Shown here piece by piece: positions 47,573-58,550 of a DNA stretch of 64,000 nucleotides. The position numbers were made by a program, and so were the translations under genes. The stretch spans positions 44,628 to 108,627 of IMG/VR virus record IMGVR_UViG_3300002026_000015. One strand, written 5' to 3'. Each line of letters opens with the position of its first letter. Position 1 is the first letter of the stretch. This DNA is from a virus. Below the pieces are notes generated by a model, which was not told the origin of the DNA, did not search any database, and saw only the letters and a list, made by a program, of their open reading frames with translations.

Positions 47573-47628
47573 GACTTGATTTTTAACTATATATTTAATA
47601 TTGGAGATAATATCAATAGGAGGTATCC

Positions 47629-48039
47629 ATGAGCGATAAGAATTGGACTATTATGGAAAATGAAAAACAACCGAAGAGTTTCTATGAAAAAGACGTGAAT
47701 GTTGGAGAAGTGATTAAAATCTTTTTCATATTCCTGACAATAGTTGGATTGTGGTCCGTTGCAAACTATTATGCGACAGGTAAGAATGATCCTAAAAATA
47801 GAAATAATCATCAGATCGCTGTAGGTAAAATTTACATAGATTATAGAGATTCAATTAAAGATGTTGGTCTCGATACGATGACGCTGATAACTAGAGAAGA
47901 TACTCTAGAGTATTGGCAAATGGAACACTTGATTTACGATATAACGTGTAGAAGAGATTCTGTGATTTCAGATCTCTTTAAGGAGAATAAAAATGATAAG
48001 AATAAATTCCGTCCAGGATTTGGCGGCAAAGCTTTTTGA
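47629..48039 (+). CDS. Single-TM membrane protein
   Basis: AGGAGG RBS; VIKIFFIFLTIVGLWSVA; early promoter 47590-47603. Confidence 0.8.
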   Translation: MSDKNWTIMENEKQPKSFYEKDVNVGEVIKIFFIFLTIVGLWSVANYYATGKNDPKNRNNHQIAVGKIYIDYRDSIKDVGLDTMTLITREDTLEYWQMEHLIYDITCRRDSVISDLFKENKNDKNKFRPGFGGKAF

Positions 48040-48475
48040 TATCGGTTCAAGGTTTAGAATATATTCTAACATCAATGTTGGTGAGAAGAATAAATTAGAG
48101 CCTATTACGATTCAGGATTATATATCTGAAACGTTTATGCAACGATTGGCGTGTAGAATGTTTAATTTCAAAATTAGAGTAATTATTGAAATTGATGTAA
48201 TATCCAATGTAGGAAACACGCTCATTACAGAATTTGTAGAAGTATGTTACAAAAATTCGGGCACATACTCACAGATTCCTGAAAACAAACTTAGATTTGA
48301 ATATGAAATCTTTAAGAATCCTGACGAACGTTCCAAATATAACGTGTGCAATGCAATATCATACCCTAGTCATTCAGAACTTAATAACTTCTATAGACAT
48401 ATGATATGTAAAGAAAGTGTATATTTGCACAAAGTTGTAGATAATCTCGATGAACGGAGGAACGATAATGTCTAG
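47993..48475 (+). CDS. Hypothetical protein
   Basis: AAGGAG RBS. Confidence 0.75.
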   Translation: MIRINSVQDLAAKLFDIGSRFRIYSNINVGEKNKLEPITIQDYISETFMQRLACRMFNFKIRVIIEIDVISNVGNTLITEFVEVCYKNSGTYSQIPENKLRFEYEIFKNPDERSKYNVCNAISYPSHSELNNFYRHMICKESVYLHKVVDNLDERRNDNV

Positions 48476-48749
48476 GAAAAAACCTGTTCTTTCCGGTGAA
48501 CGTAGACTTGGATCTGGATGGATGTATGCAAGTATTTATGTTGTAGGAGATGATGTTTGTAAAGAAGATGATGTTACAATGCCTATATCAGGGTTTCCAA
48601 ATCCAGGAGATCAATACTTCTATAAATCAAACATCTGGTATGTATATGATACAAATGAATCATCGGTATTCTTGACAAAATCTTACGAAATTAATCAAGT
48701 ATACGATGATCTTATAAAAAATTATTTAAACAATTCGGTAACAAATTAG
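48468..48749 (+). CDS. Hypothetical protein
   Basis: GGAGG RBS before ATG 48468. Confidence 0.7.
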   Translation: MSRKKPVLSGERRLGSGWMYASIYVVGDDVCKEDDVTMPISGFPNPGDQYFYKSNIWYVYDTNESSVFLTKSYEINQVYDDLIKNYLNNSVTN

Positions 48750-48780
48750 AATATTTTTACTGACTAAAAAAGGAACTATT

Positions 48781-49605
48781 ATGTCTATTGCAAAAGTTGA
48801 ATACGTGGAAATCACCAACTGGGAAATTGTTTCTATCATCCTCAAGACTGTTGATCGGTGTAAGAAATACAAAGTTAACCTTCAGAAATTCAGATCACAT
48901 CTGGATTCTCTTGGATTGAAATGGTCTGGAATCGGTCATACGATCAAACCTCAAATCCGACTCTTCAATAAGAAGGGTCCAACAATGTTTGGACAATTGG
49001 TTGTATCTGATGTCTCAAATATTCAGATTGAGAATCTTCCAAAAACGTATGATGAAATTATAGGAATATATTTCACATATAATGGTGTGAGATATATGAC
49101 TCGCGAAGAGTGGACTGATCAGTATGCTGTGGAGCTCTCCGATTATATTGATATTGAAGGAACTTTCATGACAAAATTTGAAAGTGTTCTGAAACATCCT
49201 CCTGTGCAAAGACATCCTGATATGCATGGTCTTAAGATTCAGTTTGAAAAGATGCTGAATATTGCATACAAGGAGTTTACAGAGATCATGAAAGGTATCG
49301 ATAAGAACAAAGAATCTTTCGGTAAATCTATCAATGATACTCTCGTTAGTATGGGTGCTACAGAAAAAGAAATTTCAACATACTGGAATAACATTAAGGA
49401 TAAACGTTTGTTCTCTGCAAACATGTTTATGAGTGTCATCAAGTATATGAAAACGGACTCTATCAAATCGAGGGTAATTGATGTCTATCAGAATTCGGGA
49501 AGTATTGGAGATATTCGTGTTAAGCACGGTTTCGATTTTCTTCCAAACGATTACAATGTTGCTCGTGCAATCTTGGTGAGTTTTATCGAATCAAATCTTT
49601 CTTAA
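48781..49605 (+). CDS. Hypothetical protein
   Basis: AAGGA RBS. Confidence 0.8.
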   Translation: MSIAKVEYVEITNWEIVSIILKTVDRCKKYKVNLQKFRSHLDSLGLKWSGIGHTIKPQIRLFNKKGPTMFGQLVVSDVSNIQIENLPKTYDEIIGIYFTYNGVRYMTREEWTDQYAVELSDYIDIEGTFMTKFESVLKHPPVQRHPDMHGLKIQFEKMLNIAYKEFTEIMKGIDKNKESFGKSINDTLVSMGATEKEISTYWNNIKDKRLFSANMFMSVIKYMKTDSIKSRVIDVYQNSGSIGDIRVKHGFDFLPNDYNVARAILVSFIESNLS

Positions 49606-49672
49606 CGTGTTACCATTTTAAGGAGTGAATAAGAGAATTTCATTTCTAGTACAATAAAAAAAAGGATAAATT

Positions 49673-49948
49673 ATGCAAACTGTAAAATTCGCAGGATTAA
49701 GTATTGAGTTGATTGACATGACACCTGAGGAATATATTACTCAGTTGGAAGATGCATTTAAAGAAATTGTCGAGTACCAAAACAGAATTGCTAGTGGTTA
49801 TATATGGCCATTATGGATAAAAGAACCTTTGATCATGTTTGAAAGCGATCATGATAAATCAATTGTTATCGACAACCTGGAATCCAGAAAAATTTCAATT
49901 CTTCAAGAACTCGCAAGAGTTGATGATGCAGTTGAATTTTGCAAATGA
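49673..49948 (+). CDS. Hypothetical protein
   Basis: AAGGA RBS; followed by hairpin 49952-49983. Confidence 0.75.
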   Translation: MQTVKFAGLSIELIDMTPEEYITQLEDAFKEIVEYQNRIASGYIWPLWIKEPLIMFESDHDKSIVIDNLESRKISILQELARVDDAVEFCK

Positions 49949-49998
49949 AAAGATGGGGAGGGTTTACACCCTCCTCTTTTTTTGTCTTTTGGCTCCAA

Positions 49999-50010
49999 AA
50001 CATTACAATG
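49999..50010 (+). promoter_or_regulatory. Putative late promoter
   Basis: AACA-TTACAA-TG. Confidence 0.7.
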
Positions 50011-50034
50011 TGATAATTAAAAATGGAGATTCAA

Positions 50035-51711
50035 ATGAGTAATTGGAATCAGCATAAATACGCTACTTCCGGTATAGAATCCGCTGTTGTAGACATTACT
50101 CGAACTTTTACAGGTTATCTTGTTAGCAAATTTCCTTATGGAACTTTCAAACCAGGCTCTGTCTATATAGATACACTTGGATATCTTGATGATCATAAAA
50201 GAAGAGAAAAAGGGTTGGTAAATCCTCAGAAAGTTAATAAACCTCATCTCTCTGTAGGTATTGAGGGTGGTAACAATGATATCTGGTCTAAGGATAATAA
50301 TGGTCCTGATATAAACCAGTATAGCATGTTTCCAGGTGTTATTGATGATAAGCGTATTGTTTCGAACCATAGACTTGCAATGATTTGTAACGATCGCATT
50401 GGTATAAGATCTGATACTATTGAATTTCGTAGAAAAACTGAACTTACTATGAAGTTTATGTTTGATACTAAAGCCGACTTATCATCATTTAAAAGTCATC
50501 TATATAATAACGTTCCTGTTAAAGCTAATCAATACCTTGAAGGTATTAATTATGATATAGTTCTCCCTAATATTTTTATTAGAGATCTATACAAATTGTT
50601 TATGGATCAGGAAACTAAAAGTGATATGATGCTTCACATTGATGAGTTTTTGACGAAAGTTAATTCTTGTTCAGGATTCATTATTGAAAAGAAGTTTGAG
50701 GATGTAAATCCTGACAATATTTGGTTTGTAATGAAACGTTCAGGTCGAATTAATTTCTATATCGATGAGGTTGGTGCTAAAGATGGTGATGGAGCTAATA
50801 AACGAAATGAATCATATGATGAATTTAGTTTTAGTTTGAAAGTTACATTCGATCTTAAACTTCCAAATTCATACATTATGAATTATAAAATTTATAATGG
50901 TGTGAATAAATCTATGGTATGTAGAGATTATTTTAATCAGATGGAACCTGATGCCAAGACTAATGTGCCGGTTACATACTCTGCTCCTAGATTTGTTGAT
51001 GATAGAGTTTATAAGAAGCGTCCTTCAAGTCATAAATATATAATATTTGGGTTTGAAGAATTCTTTGTTGAAAATCCTGACGAAGTCTTACAGCTTACTC
51101 AGGTTATAAATCCATTATCAATATTCTATCTACTGTTCGAGTGGTTGACTCCTAAAGAACGAAAAGGTCTTTTAGAGTGTCATGTTTATGAAAACGGTGA
51201 TATTATGGGCGGAAAAGATCAAATAATGGAAGATGTTATAAGTGATATTGTATTATTCCTTAAAGGGTGTGATCCAACTGTATCATTTGTATCATATTTC
51301 TTTATCGATTATAAACGATTTAGATCTTTATTACCTCTCATTGTCGATAGAATAATCAATAATGTGCGTCCTAACTGGCCGTATGTCATAGGTTCATATC
51401 CTCCTAGACAAGATCCTGATCAAATCGTTCCTGATTATACAAAAATTGACAAGGATAAGATTAAGAATCCATTCATACGTGATATTATAAATCGTAATGA
51501 AGATTTTATCAAACACAAAGGAAATGGTACAGATCCTACAAAAGTTTGTTTGACTGTAAAAGGTGTTCACATATGTTATACATATGATGAGTATATCAAG
51601 AAGATTATTTCAGATGAAATAATTAAGGACGTTGTTTATTATAATGAGAAAGATCTCGGATTGATAAATAATATAAATAGTGGGATTACAGTGTACAGAT
51701 CAAGAGGTTAA
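50035..51711 (+). CDS. Probable virion structural protein
   Basis: Late promoter; operon with giant beta-rich protein. Confidence 0.6.
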   Translation: MSNWNQHKYATSGIESAVVDITRTFTGYLVSKFPYGTFKPGSVYIDTLGYLDDHKRREKGLVNPQKVNKPHLSVGIEGGNNDIWSKDNNGPDINQYSMFPGVIDDKRIVSNHRLAMICNDRIGIRSDTIEFRRKTELTMKFMFDTKADLSSFKSHLYNNVPVKANQYLEGINYDIVLPNIFIRDLYKLFMDQETKSDMMLHIDEFLTKVNSCSGFIIEKKFEDVNPDNIWFVMKRSGRINFYIDEVGAKDGDGANKRNESYDEFSFSLKVTFDLKLPNSYIMNYKIYNGVNKSMVCRDYFNQMEPDAKTNVPVTYSAPRFVDDRVYKKRPSSHKYIIFGFEEFFVENPDEVLQLTQVINPLSIFYLLFEWLTPKERKGLLECHVYENGDIMGGKDQIMEDVISDIVLFLKGCDPTVSFVSYFFIDYKRFRSLLPLIVDRIINNVRPNWPYVIGSYPPRQDPDQIVPDYTKIDKDKIKNPFIRDIINRNEDFIKHKGNGTDPTKVCLTVKGVHICYTYDEYIKKIISDEIIKDVVYYNEKDLGLINNINSGITVYRSRG

Positions 51712-51713
51712 AT

Positions 51714-54700
51714 ATGAGTTTATTTACTCGAAATAGAATTCCAAATATATCTGTTATCAAAGCTGATGAAGTAGCTGAAAGTTACGTAAGTCAGAGTGAG
51801 ACCTCAGGTATAATTGATATCGTTAAAGAATCTAGAAGAGATCTGTCCAAGATTATTAACCATAATATTGGACATGATTATACTACTTCTCCAACTGAAG
51901 TACTTTCGAAGATCGCAACTGCAGTTTACCGTAGAGAACTGAATATTGACGGATCAGTCACAGCAGTTGACAGTTCTCTGAATATCGATAAACTTGCATC
52001 TCATTCGATATGTGATGGAACTGTATCATATATTGAAACTGAAAGTGAAAATGTTATAGGAAGTCTAACTATCAGTGGTAATGATGAAAAGACTGCTAAG
52101 ATTAATCATGGGACATATTCTCACGATGAAGGCGGTATGTTATTCCTCGAACCATACAAAAATTTCGTTCCTACTGACATCGTTGAGACATTTAAAATCG
52201 GAAGTTCAGTCTATACGTTACATTGTGGAATGTATATAACTGAAATTTCAGGAGATGCTTCAAATGTATACGATCTTATTGATAAAAATCGTATCATTGA
52301 GAAAAATCGTTGTTCCGTTGACAAAGTATATCCCTACTCAATTCAAGGTATAAATATTATTTCATCATGCGTTGGTGGTGATAAAATTTATATCAATACT
52401 GATAATGGGATATTGTCTTTTGATACTGTGACAAAATCTATAGCAGTTGTATCTGACAATATAACATTTGTATTTGTCGATATTGTTGTGATCAATGACT
52501 ATATGTATGGTATCAAATATAATGGAATTGATTTTAAACTTGTTAAATATTTTATACAAGATAAATCTACCGAAGAAATTGGATACACTTTTACGGTTCC
52601 GCCAAATACAATATCTGTTGCTGGTGATCACATTATACTTTATAACCGTTACAATAAATTTCTTGGAATGAACGGTTATGTGAGATCTATTGATTTTACT
52701 AAGTATAATTATACCACTGGTGAAATTGTTGGCACCCAATACTCTGTGAATACACATAATATCACAAATATCATGTTTATCGTTGGTGATAACAATTATA
52801 CCTACATCGGTTTAAATATGATAATGCCATCCATACTCGATGGATCACTTCTTATATATAACCATCTGGATAGTTCTCTTACGTTGAAAGAAGTTAACAG
52901 AGGACGAATCGATAAATCTTATGGATATATGAGTAACGTTTACTTCAGGAATGGATGCATCTATTATAATGATTTTGATAAGGTTCACTTTATCAAGATT
53001 GTTAATGATAAGATCTCAATTTCAAGAAGTACTGATCTTATTGAAAATAAGACAATGTGTAAAGGTATTACAAGTTCGTTCGTTGATGATAATAACGTTG
53101 TTGTATCATTTTTAGATGGAACTACATCTGTATACCCTAGATATATCTTTGAGTATAATGATGGTATTGAATCCCATAAAGTTGCAGGAAATCTTTGTGA
53201 ATTTAGACACGGTGATAATATTGTAAAATTGAAGAATGACAGCTTAGCTATCATTACAAATGGTGATGTTTTAACGCACACTGTTACTCCGTATACAAGA
53301 TTTATGACACTGACGTCCGAATTCAACGATATGATTGCATCGTATGGGTTTACTATCGATTCAGATAATCTGGGAGTTGTACTTGTAACAAATCCTACTC
53401 CAACATCTGTAAGATTTTGGATGTATTCTATAAATATCCCATCTAAAGTTGTTTCACTTGTTGCAAATAATGGATGGAATGTATCTCCTACGATTAAAAC
53501 TGAAGATATTCGGTGTAGCAATAATAAGGTTTACATTCCTATAAAGAGTTCAGCTGATGGCGGATTCTTAGTAGTTGCAGACTTTAATAATCAGATTTTC
53601 AGATACAATAGAGTTACTGTGTCTGCATCATTAGATTCTTTTAGTCCTACTATAAGTCCTGACTGTACCAAGATGGTTATCGGAATTGATGGATCATGTC
53701 ATATCGTAACTATAAATCAGACTTTTTATCAGTCTGTTGAATCGGTGATATCCCATTCCCCAGATTATCTTAAAACTACAATTAAGGTTCCTGGATCCGT
53801 TACATATAACCAAAGTACTTATAATGGGATAATTTACATTGATAACTCTGGATCACCTATTGTTCCCGCATCTGGTCGTCGAATTTTTAGATATGCGAAT
53901 GATAGAATTATTGTTAAAGGTAATACTTACATTAGATTTAAAAATTCTATGAGTATTGCTGAAGTTACAATAAATGGTGTTACTAGAGATAAAGGTTTTT
54001 CAGGGATCTCCGGAAATATTCAAACTATAAAATATGATGATTCATACATTGTAGTTTCTATCGGAAATTCTAAGATCTATATCAATGAAACTCCTGAAAA
54101 TCTTGACAATAACTTGGTTATAACAAATCCAATGACAGCCAGATGTTTTACTAAAAACAATCTTGTTGTGACTATTGATGATTTGAATGTATCGTTAACT
54201 TACATTGGATCGTTGGGATCGGTTTCTAGATATACTAAATCTGATGTATTGAATTTACGTTCGGTTAACATTGATCCTGAACTTGTTCAGATCATAAAAG
54301 GTTCTAATTCAAGAATCGATTGTACATCTATATCGACCTTTATGGGAAGAGATTATTCCACATATACTGTTATGGATCGTGTAAGTTCTAAGATTCTTGG
54401 ACATTTTGTTATGTCTTCTTCTTATGATTCCAATACTAATCATATTGAGATCTATGATATTAGATATTACAAATGTACATCTGTTAACTACAAAGGGTCT
54501 ATTGGCGGACACCATATTACATCTAGCGTTGTAAGTGGATTTATGTATGTAGTTTTCTACGATAGTAGTTTCCTAACTTATGTAAAATATTCGAGTCATT
54601 CTAATAGAACTATTGTTGCTAAATCTCTTAGATATCAACCAAATACTATTCCATTGCATCTCGAGATAGATGGAATTAATCTTATTCATAGATTTGTATA

Positions 54701-57173
54701 TGATGGAGCTATGCAAAGTTATCATAATGGCGCAATAATACTCCCAGATATGGAATTTGGATCCGCAGTAGCAGCTAACCCTCCAGTAGCTGGAAATAGC
54801 TTGTTGTTTTCACATAAAACTGAGAATGGTGTTATTGCGTGTGTAAATGTTTATGATACTTATGCAACCTTTGGTTGGGGTCCGACTACTGAGAATATCG
54901 TTCTTAACGATCAGAAAATGTGTTCATTTATCAGATCTAGAATTGCTACCGGAGAGTCATATCCAACTATATCTGTAAACGGTACGACTAAAGACTTCTC
55001 CCTACACCTACATAATGGCGGTACGGATTTTGTTAAAGGTTATACTGAATCGGTCCAGTTCGATTTCATTGAGAAATATGTTACAAGCTTCTGTAATCCA
55101 AGTGCTTTCTTAAACTATAAGAAGTATGAGATTGGGGATGAAAGTAATAAATTCCTAGATGTTTACACATCTACAGGTGGTCGTACATCATTCGAGGATA
55201 AATCCGGAAGAGTGAGAAGATCTTCAATTCCTGGAGATGGTAGATATTTCGAATTGTTTGGTAAGAATGTGTCGTTTATCTCTGAAACAGATTGTAAAAT
55301 TTCAAAATACAAGGTCAATGATCATGATGTATTTTGTGATAGATCGTATCCGTATATCAGAAATGTTGAAGATAGTCGTCGAATTATTCTCAAGACATTC
55401 TACTTGACAAACACTCTTGAAAATAGTGTAAAACTTCTACAATGTCAATATTCTGATAGTGGAGTTTTAGGTTGTTACTCTGGTAGAACTACGATTGTTG
55501 CAAATGGTGTAACTGGTAGACTTGAAATTATCGATGACGCTTCTATACAGTATTGTGATTCATCTATATCAATTAACGTTGGTTTTGACGATGAAACAAT
55601 TGTTGGATACAAACGATCAGATGATGGTTTTGGATTCAGATATTATAAAATAATTTCTCAATTTGGAGCTGTTCGAAGCTTTACATCTAATGGACAATCT
55701 ATTCCTGTCAGATCTGTGTATTATGGTCGACGGAATTTTATTACAAAATTAGATGATGGTCGAATGATATTTGAAACTACGGGTTCTAATCCTAATGGAA
55801 CTATGTACCCGAGTCAAATTGATAAACGTATCAGTAATATTAATGGAGATACTGTAGATGATCAGCTTAGAGATGTAATTTGTGTCTCTGGTGTAAATTA
55901 TCTTATGGGAAATACTAAGACATTGCTTTGTAAAGATAACGGCGATGTTGCAGTTGTTATTGGTGATGGTGGAACTCCAAATACTAAATATTACCTGATA
56001 GAAAATGTCGGAAGTTATTTAGAGACTAACGATAATTCTAAAACTTATTCTAAAATACTCGCAATTAGTAGTTCTCTTGTTGCAACTATTGAGTTTTTGG
56101 ATTCTAATGGTGATAGATTTATTGGTTTTGGAAACATATCCATTACTGAAAAAACTGCAGATCTTGAATTCTCTATAAATATCAAAATGTTTGATGATTA
56201 TATAGAAACTATGGATAATAGTAAGATATATTGTGGAAGTTTCTCTGCTCCAATGATTCAAACTTTATACGGATTGTGTTTGACAAATATACTTGGATCA
56301 ATATATGATGCGGTGATAAATGTTACATATTCGGTATATCATGGTTTGATTGGGATTGGTGCAAGTTTACACGGTGTGCCGTTACTTGAAAGATGGCATA
56401 TTCCTGCAAACGATATAAAACCAGTCGTTTTTAATACTCCTACTGCGGTGATATTTCAATTCCATTCATGTATAACTTTTGTTCCAAAAGGTATAAATGG
56501 ATTGAGAAACTTTTTGGCAAACCAATTTAAAATTAGTTTTCCTTCACAATATTCTCCTAAACAATTGAAAGATGTTAAGATAACTGAATTTGGAAAATCA
56601 GTATTACTGTTTGATGATAATTCATATCAGATAATAGATAATATTTCTTTTAAAGAATATAAAGTTGTCCACAGTTTACAAGGTTTGGGTGCTACAGGAC
56701 AGATTTCGGATCCTACACTTAAGGAAATATTTATTCTTGATAGTGGGAAATTATTCTATGTAAACTCAAATTCTTTGAAAGTTTACAATGGAACTACTTT
56801 CGTTAAAGTTGAATGTAAATATAGTATTGATAAATATTGTATTGACACTCTCTATAGTAGATTGTATTTCTATGCTGATGATACTGATGGAACTTTTGGA
56901 TATATAGATCTTAAGACTAATGAAACTGTAATATTTGATACATTCTATGGAGATCGTGTTAGATTTATAACTAAGCGTGGAAACGGTGAAGTTATTTATA
57001 TTCTGACAATGAACTACGTTTATATGATCATAAATTACAAGTTGTTTAAAGTTAGAAAAATATCTACGAAAGATGTTATTGAAAACTTTAATCCTGATGC
57101 TAGTTCTATAGGGTTTGTAAATGTCACAACTCATATCGAAAAAGATTTATATCTTGATGGAGTTGAAGTTTAA
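51714..57173 (+). CDS. 1819-aa beta-rich protein, probable tail/baseplate receptor-binding component
   Basis: Ile/Val/Tyr/Ser/Asn-rich short strands throughout (propeller-like); late operon. Confidence 0.6.
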   Translation: MSLFTRNRIPNISVIKADEVAESYVSQSETSGIIDIVKESRRDLSKIINHNIGHDYTTSPTEVLSKIATAVYRRELNIDGSVTAVDSSLNIDKLASHSICDGTVSYIETESENVIGSLTISGNDEKTAKINHGTYSHDEGGMLFLEPYKNFVPTDIVETFKIGSSVYTLHCGMYITEISGDASNVYDLIDKNRIIEKNRCSVDKVYPYSIQGINIISSCVGGDKIYINTDNGILSFDTVTKSIAVVSDNITFVFVDIVVINDYMYGIKYNGIDFKLVKYFIQDKSTEEIGYTFTVPPNTISVAGDHIILYNRYNKFLGMNGYVRSIDFTKYNYTTGEIVGTQYSVNTHNITNIMFIVGDNNYTYIGLNMIMPSILDGSLLIYNHLDSSLTLKEVNRGRIDKSYGYMSNVYFRNGCIYYNDFDKVHFIKIVNDKISISRSTDLIENKTMCKGITSSFVDDNNVVVSFLDGTTSVYPRYIFEYNDGIESHKVAGNLCEFRHGDNIVKLKNDSLAIITNGDVLTHTVTPYTRFMTLTSEFNDMIASYGFTIDSDNLGVVLVTNPTPTSVRFWMYSINIPSKVVSLVANNGWNVSPTIKTEDIRCSNNKVYIPIKSSADGGFLVVADFNNQIFRYNRVTVSASLDSFSPTISPDCTKMVIGIDGSCHIVTINQTFYQSVESVISHSPDYLKTTIKVPGSVTYNQSTYNGIIYIDNSGSPIVPASGRRIFRYANDRIIVKGNTYIRFKNSMSIAEVTINGVTRDKGFSGISGNIQTIKYDDSYIVVSIGNSKIYINETPENLDNNLVITNPMTARCFTKNNLVVTIDDLNVSLTYIGSLGSVSRYTKSDVLNLRSVNIDPELVQIIKGSNSRIDCTSISTFMGRDYSTYTVMDRVSSKILGHFVMSSSYDSNTNHIEIYDIRYYKCTSVNYKGSIGGHHITSSVVSGFMYVVFYDSSFLTYVKYSSHSNRTIVAKSLRYQPNTIPLHLEIDGINLIHRFVYDGAMQSYHNGAIILPDMEFGSAVAANPPVAGNSLLFSHKTENGVIACVNVYDTYATFGWGPTTENIVLNDQKMCSFIRSRIATGESYPTISVNGTTKDFSLHLHNGGTDFVKGYTESVQFDFIEKYVTSFCNPSAFLNYKKYEIGDESNKFLDVYTSTGGRTSFEDKSGRVRRSSIPGDGRYFELFGKNVSFISETDCKISKYKVNDHDVFCDRSYPYIRNVEDSRRIILKTFYLTNTLENSVKLLQCQYSDSGVLGCYSGRTTIVANGVTGRLEIIDDASIQYCDSSISINVGFDDETIVGYKRSDDGFGFRYYKIISQFGAVRSFTSNGQSIPVRSVYYGRRNFITKLDDGRMIFETTGSNPNGTMYPSQIDKRISNINGDTVDDQLRDVICVSGVNYLMGNTKTLLCKDNGDVAVVIGDGGTPNTKYYLIENVGSYLETNDNSKTYSKILAISSSLVATIEFLDSNGDRFIGFGNISITEKTADLEFSINIKMFDDYIETMDNSKIYCGSFSAPMIQTLYGLCLTNILGSIYDAVINVTYSVYHGLIGIGASLHGVPLLERWHIPANDIKPVVFNTPTAVIFQFHSCITFVPKGINGLRNFLANQFKISFPSQYSPKQLKDVKITEFGKSVLLFDDNSYQIIDNISFKEYKVVHSLQGLGATGQISDPTLKEIFILDSGKLFYVNSNSLKVYNGTTFVKVECKYSIDKYCIDTLYSRLYFYADDTDGTFGYIDLKTNETVIFDTFYGDRVRFITKRGNGEVIYILTMNYVYMIINYKLFKVRKISTKDVIENFNPDASSIGFVNVTTHIEKDLYLDGVEV

Positions 57174-57177
57174 AATG

Positions 57178-57209
57178 TAAATAGTGGGGATCACTCCCCA
57201 CTATTTATT
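57178..57209. terminator. Bidirectional terminator
   Basis: TAAATAGTGGGG..CCCCACTATTTA. Confidence 0.8.
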
Positions 57210-57210
57210 A

Positions 57211-57717
57211 TTATCGATCAAGTTTACTTTCCAATACCATTCGATTTCTTGGAGAGTATTGTGTCAATTTCGTGAGAGACATATTCAACATAATCTTTGC
57301 AGCGACAAATATTGCACTGTCATTGTATGGATCTGTATCATATATCACTTCGCTAATTCCTGATTGAATAATCGCTTTCGCACACTCATTGCATGGGGCC
57401 ATTGTAACGTATAGTTTACAACCTTCAATACTTGTACCAGCTCTTTGAGCCCCGGTGATAGCATTGAGTTCAGCGTGAACTACATAGAGATATTTTGTAT
57501 TAAGTGGATTTTCATCAGTTTTACCCCAAGGAAGTTCATCATCATTAATATCATTAGGGAAACCATTATAACCTACAGAAACAACTCTATTGTTATTGTC
57601 TACAATGACTGCGCCAACTTGGGTTGAAGGATCTTTACTTCTCATGGCTATTAGATTCGCCATTTGCATAAATGTTTCATCCCACGTAATAACGTTTTCT
57701 CTTTTAAGAGACGACAT
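57211..57717 (-). CDS. dCMP deaminase
   Basis: RSKDPSTQVGA, GYNG, HAELNAI, PCNECAK. Confidence 0.95.
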   Translation of the reverse strand: MSSLKRENVITWDETFMQMANLIAMRSKDPSTQVGAVIVDNNNRVVSVGYNGFPNDINDDELPWGKTDENPLNTKYLYVVHAELNAITGAQRAGTSIEGCKLYVTMAPCNECAKAIIQSGISEVIYDTDPYNDSAIFVAAKIMLNMSLTKLTQYSPRNRMVLESKLDR

Positions 57718-58489
57718 ACCACTCCTCCGCAGCTTTTTCGATAGTTTCAATTGCAGTTTTAAGAACTTCATCTTCTGTAGAGGTGAATTGTATTCCTGTT
57801 ATTGGCGCATATAAATCTTTATGTGTTACAATTTCTGAGTACACACGATTTACAACCATTGAGAATGCAACGTTGTCGTTGTAATCCAACTCTTGTTCAT
57901 TACCATTGACTCGTTTATTGAGTCTTCTACTGAACTCATCCATAGAAGCTTGCCAATTTTCATTTATAGTACAAAGTACTATAGTCCTTATTGGCATTTC
58001 AATATTATACTCTTTCATTTTATCGAACACGATATCACAATTCTTGCGAATACGTTCGATATCATTGTCCTCATCGAGGATACCAGATTGATAAATGACC
58101 GATGATAGATATCCTCTGTCACTGATGAGGAGGTTTCCGTTACGAATTAACGAGATATCCGAAGGTTTTACACTTCGCATTTCATTTCCAAGCTGATTGT
58201 TTTTTCTATCAATCATGAAAATTTCTGTAAGTTTTCCGATGAAATCATCGTCATTTGCAGGTTCAGCGAATGCATTACTTCCAAATGTTTCTTCGATACT
58301 CTTCTTAACACTGCGATCAGGTTCATTAGAGAAGCTTGCGCTCTTAAACTTAAGTTTAAGATTGTTTGTAAGAGTAGAAGTTCCTGTAAGTTCTCCGCCT
58401 TCGATGTAAACAATTTTACTTGAGACTGGGAGTTCATTGTATAAGCGTCTGATTAGTTGGACAAGGATGTCGACTTTTTCTTTAAACAT
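57704..58489 (-). CDS. Thymidylate-kinase-like dNMP kinase with atypical P-loop
   Basis: IEGGELTGTST, NEP, DRGYLSSVIYQ. Confidence 0.8.
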   Translation of the reverse strand: MFKEKVDILVQLIRRLYNELPVSSKIVYIEGGELTGTSTLTNNLKLKFKSASFSNEPDRSVKKSIEETFGSNAFAEPANDDDFIGKLTEIFMIDRKNNQLGNEMRSVKPSDISLIRNGNLLISDRGYLSSVIYQSGILDEDNDIERIRKNCDIVFDKMKEYNIEMPIRTIVLCTINENWQASMDEFSRRLNKRVNGNEQELDYNDNVAFSMVVNRVYSEIVTHKDLYAPITGIQFTSTEDEVLKTAIETIEKAAEEWYVVS

Positions 58490-58514
58490 TTCGTTTCCTA
58501 GGTTTGAGAAAGAA

Positions 58515-58540
58515 AGTGTAGGTGGAAATCCCACCTACAC
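58515..58540. terminator. Hairpin, probable terminator on minus strand
   Basis: GTGTAGGTGG-AAATC-CCACCTACAC. Confidence 0.6.
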
Positions 58541-58550
58541 CCAGATTACA

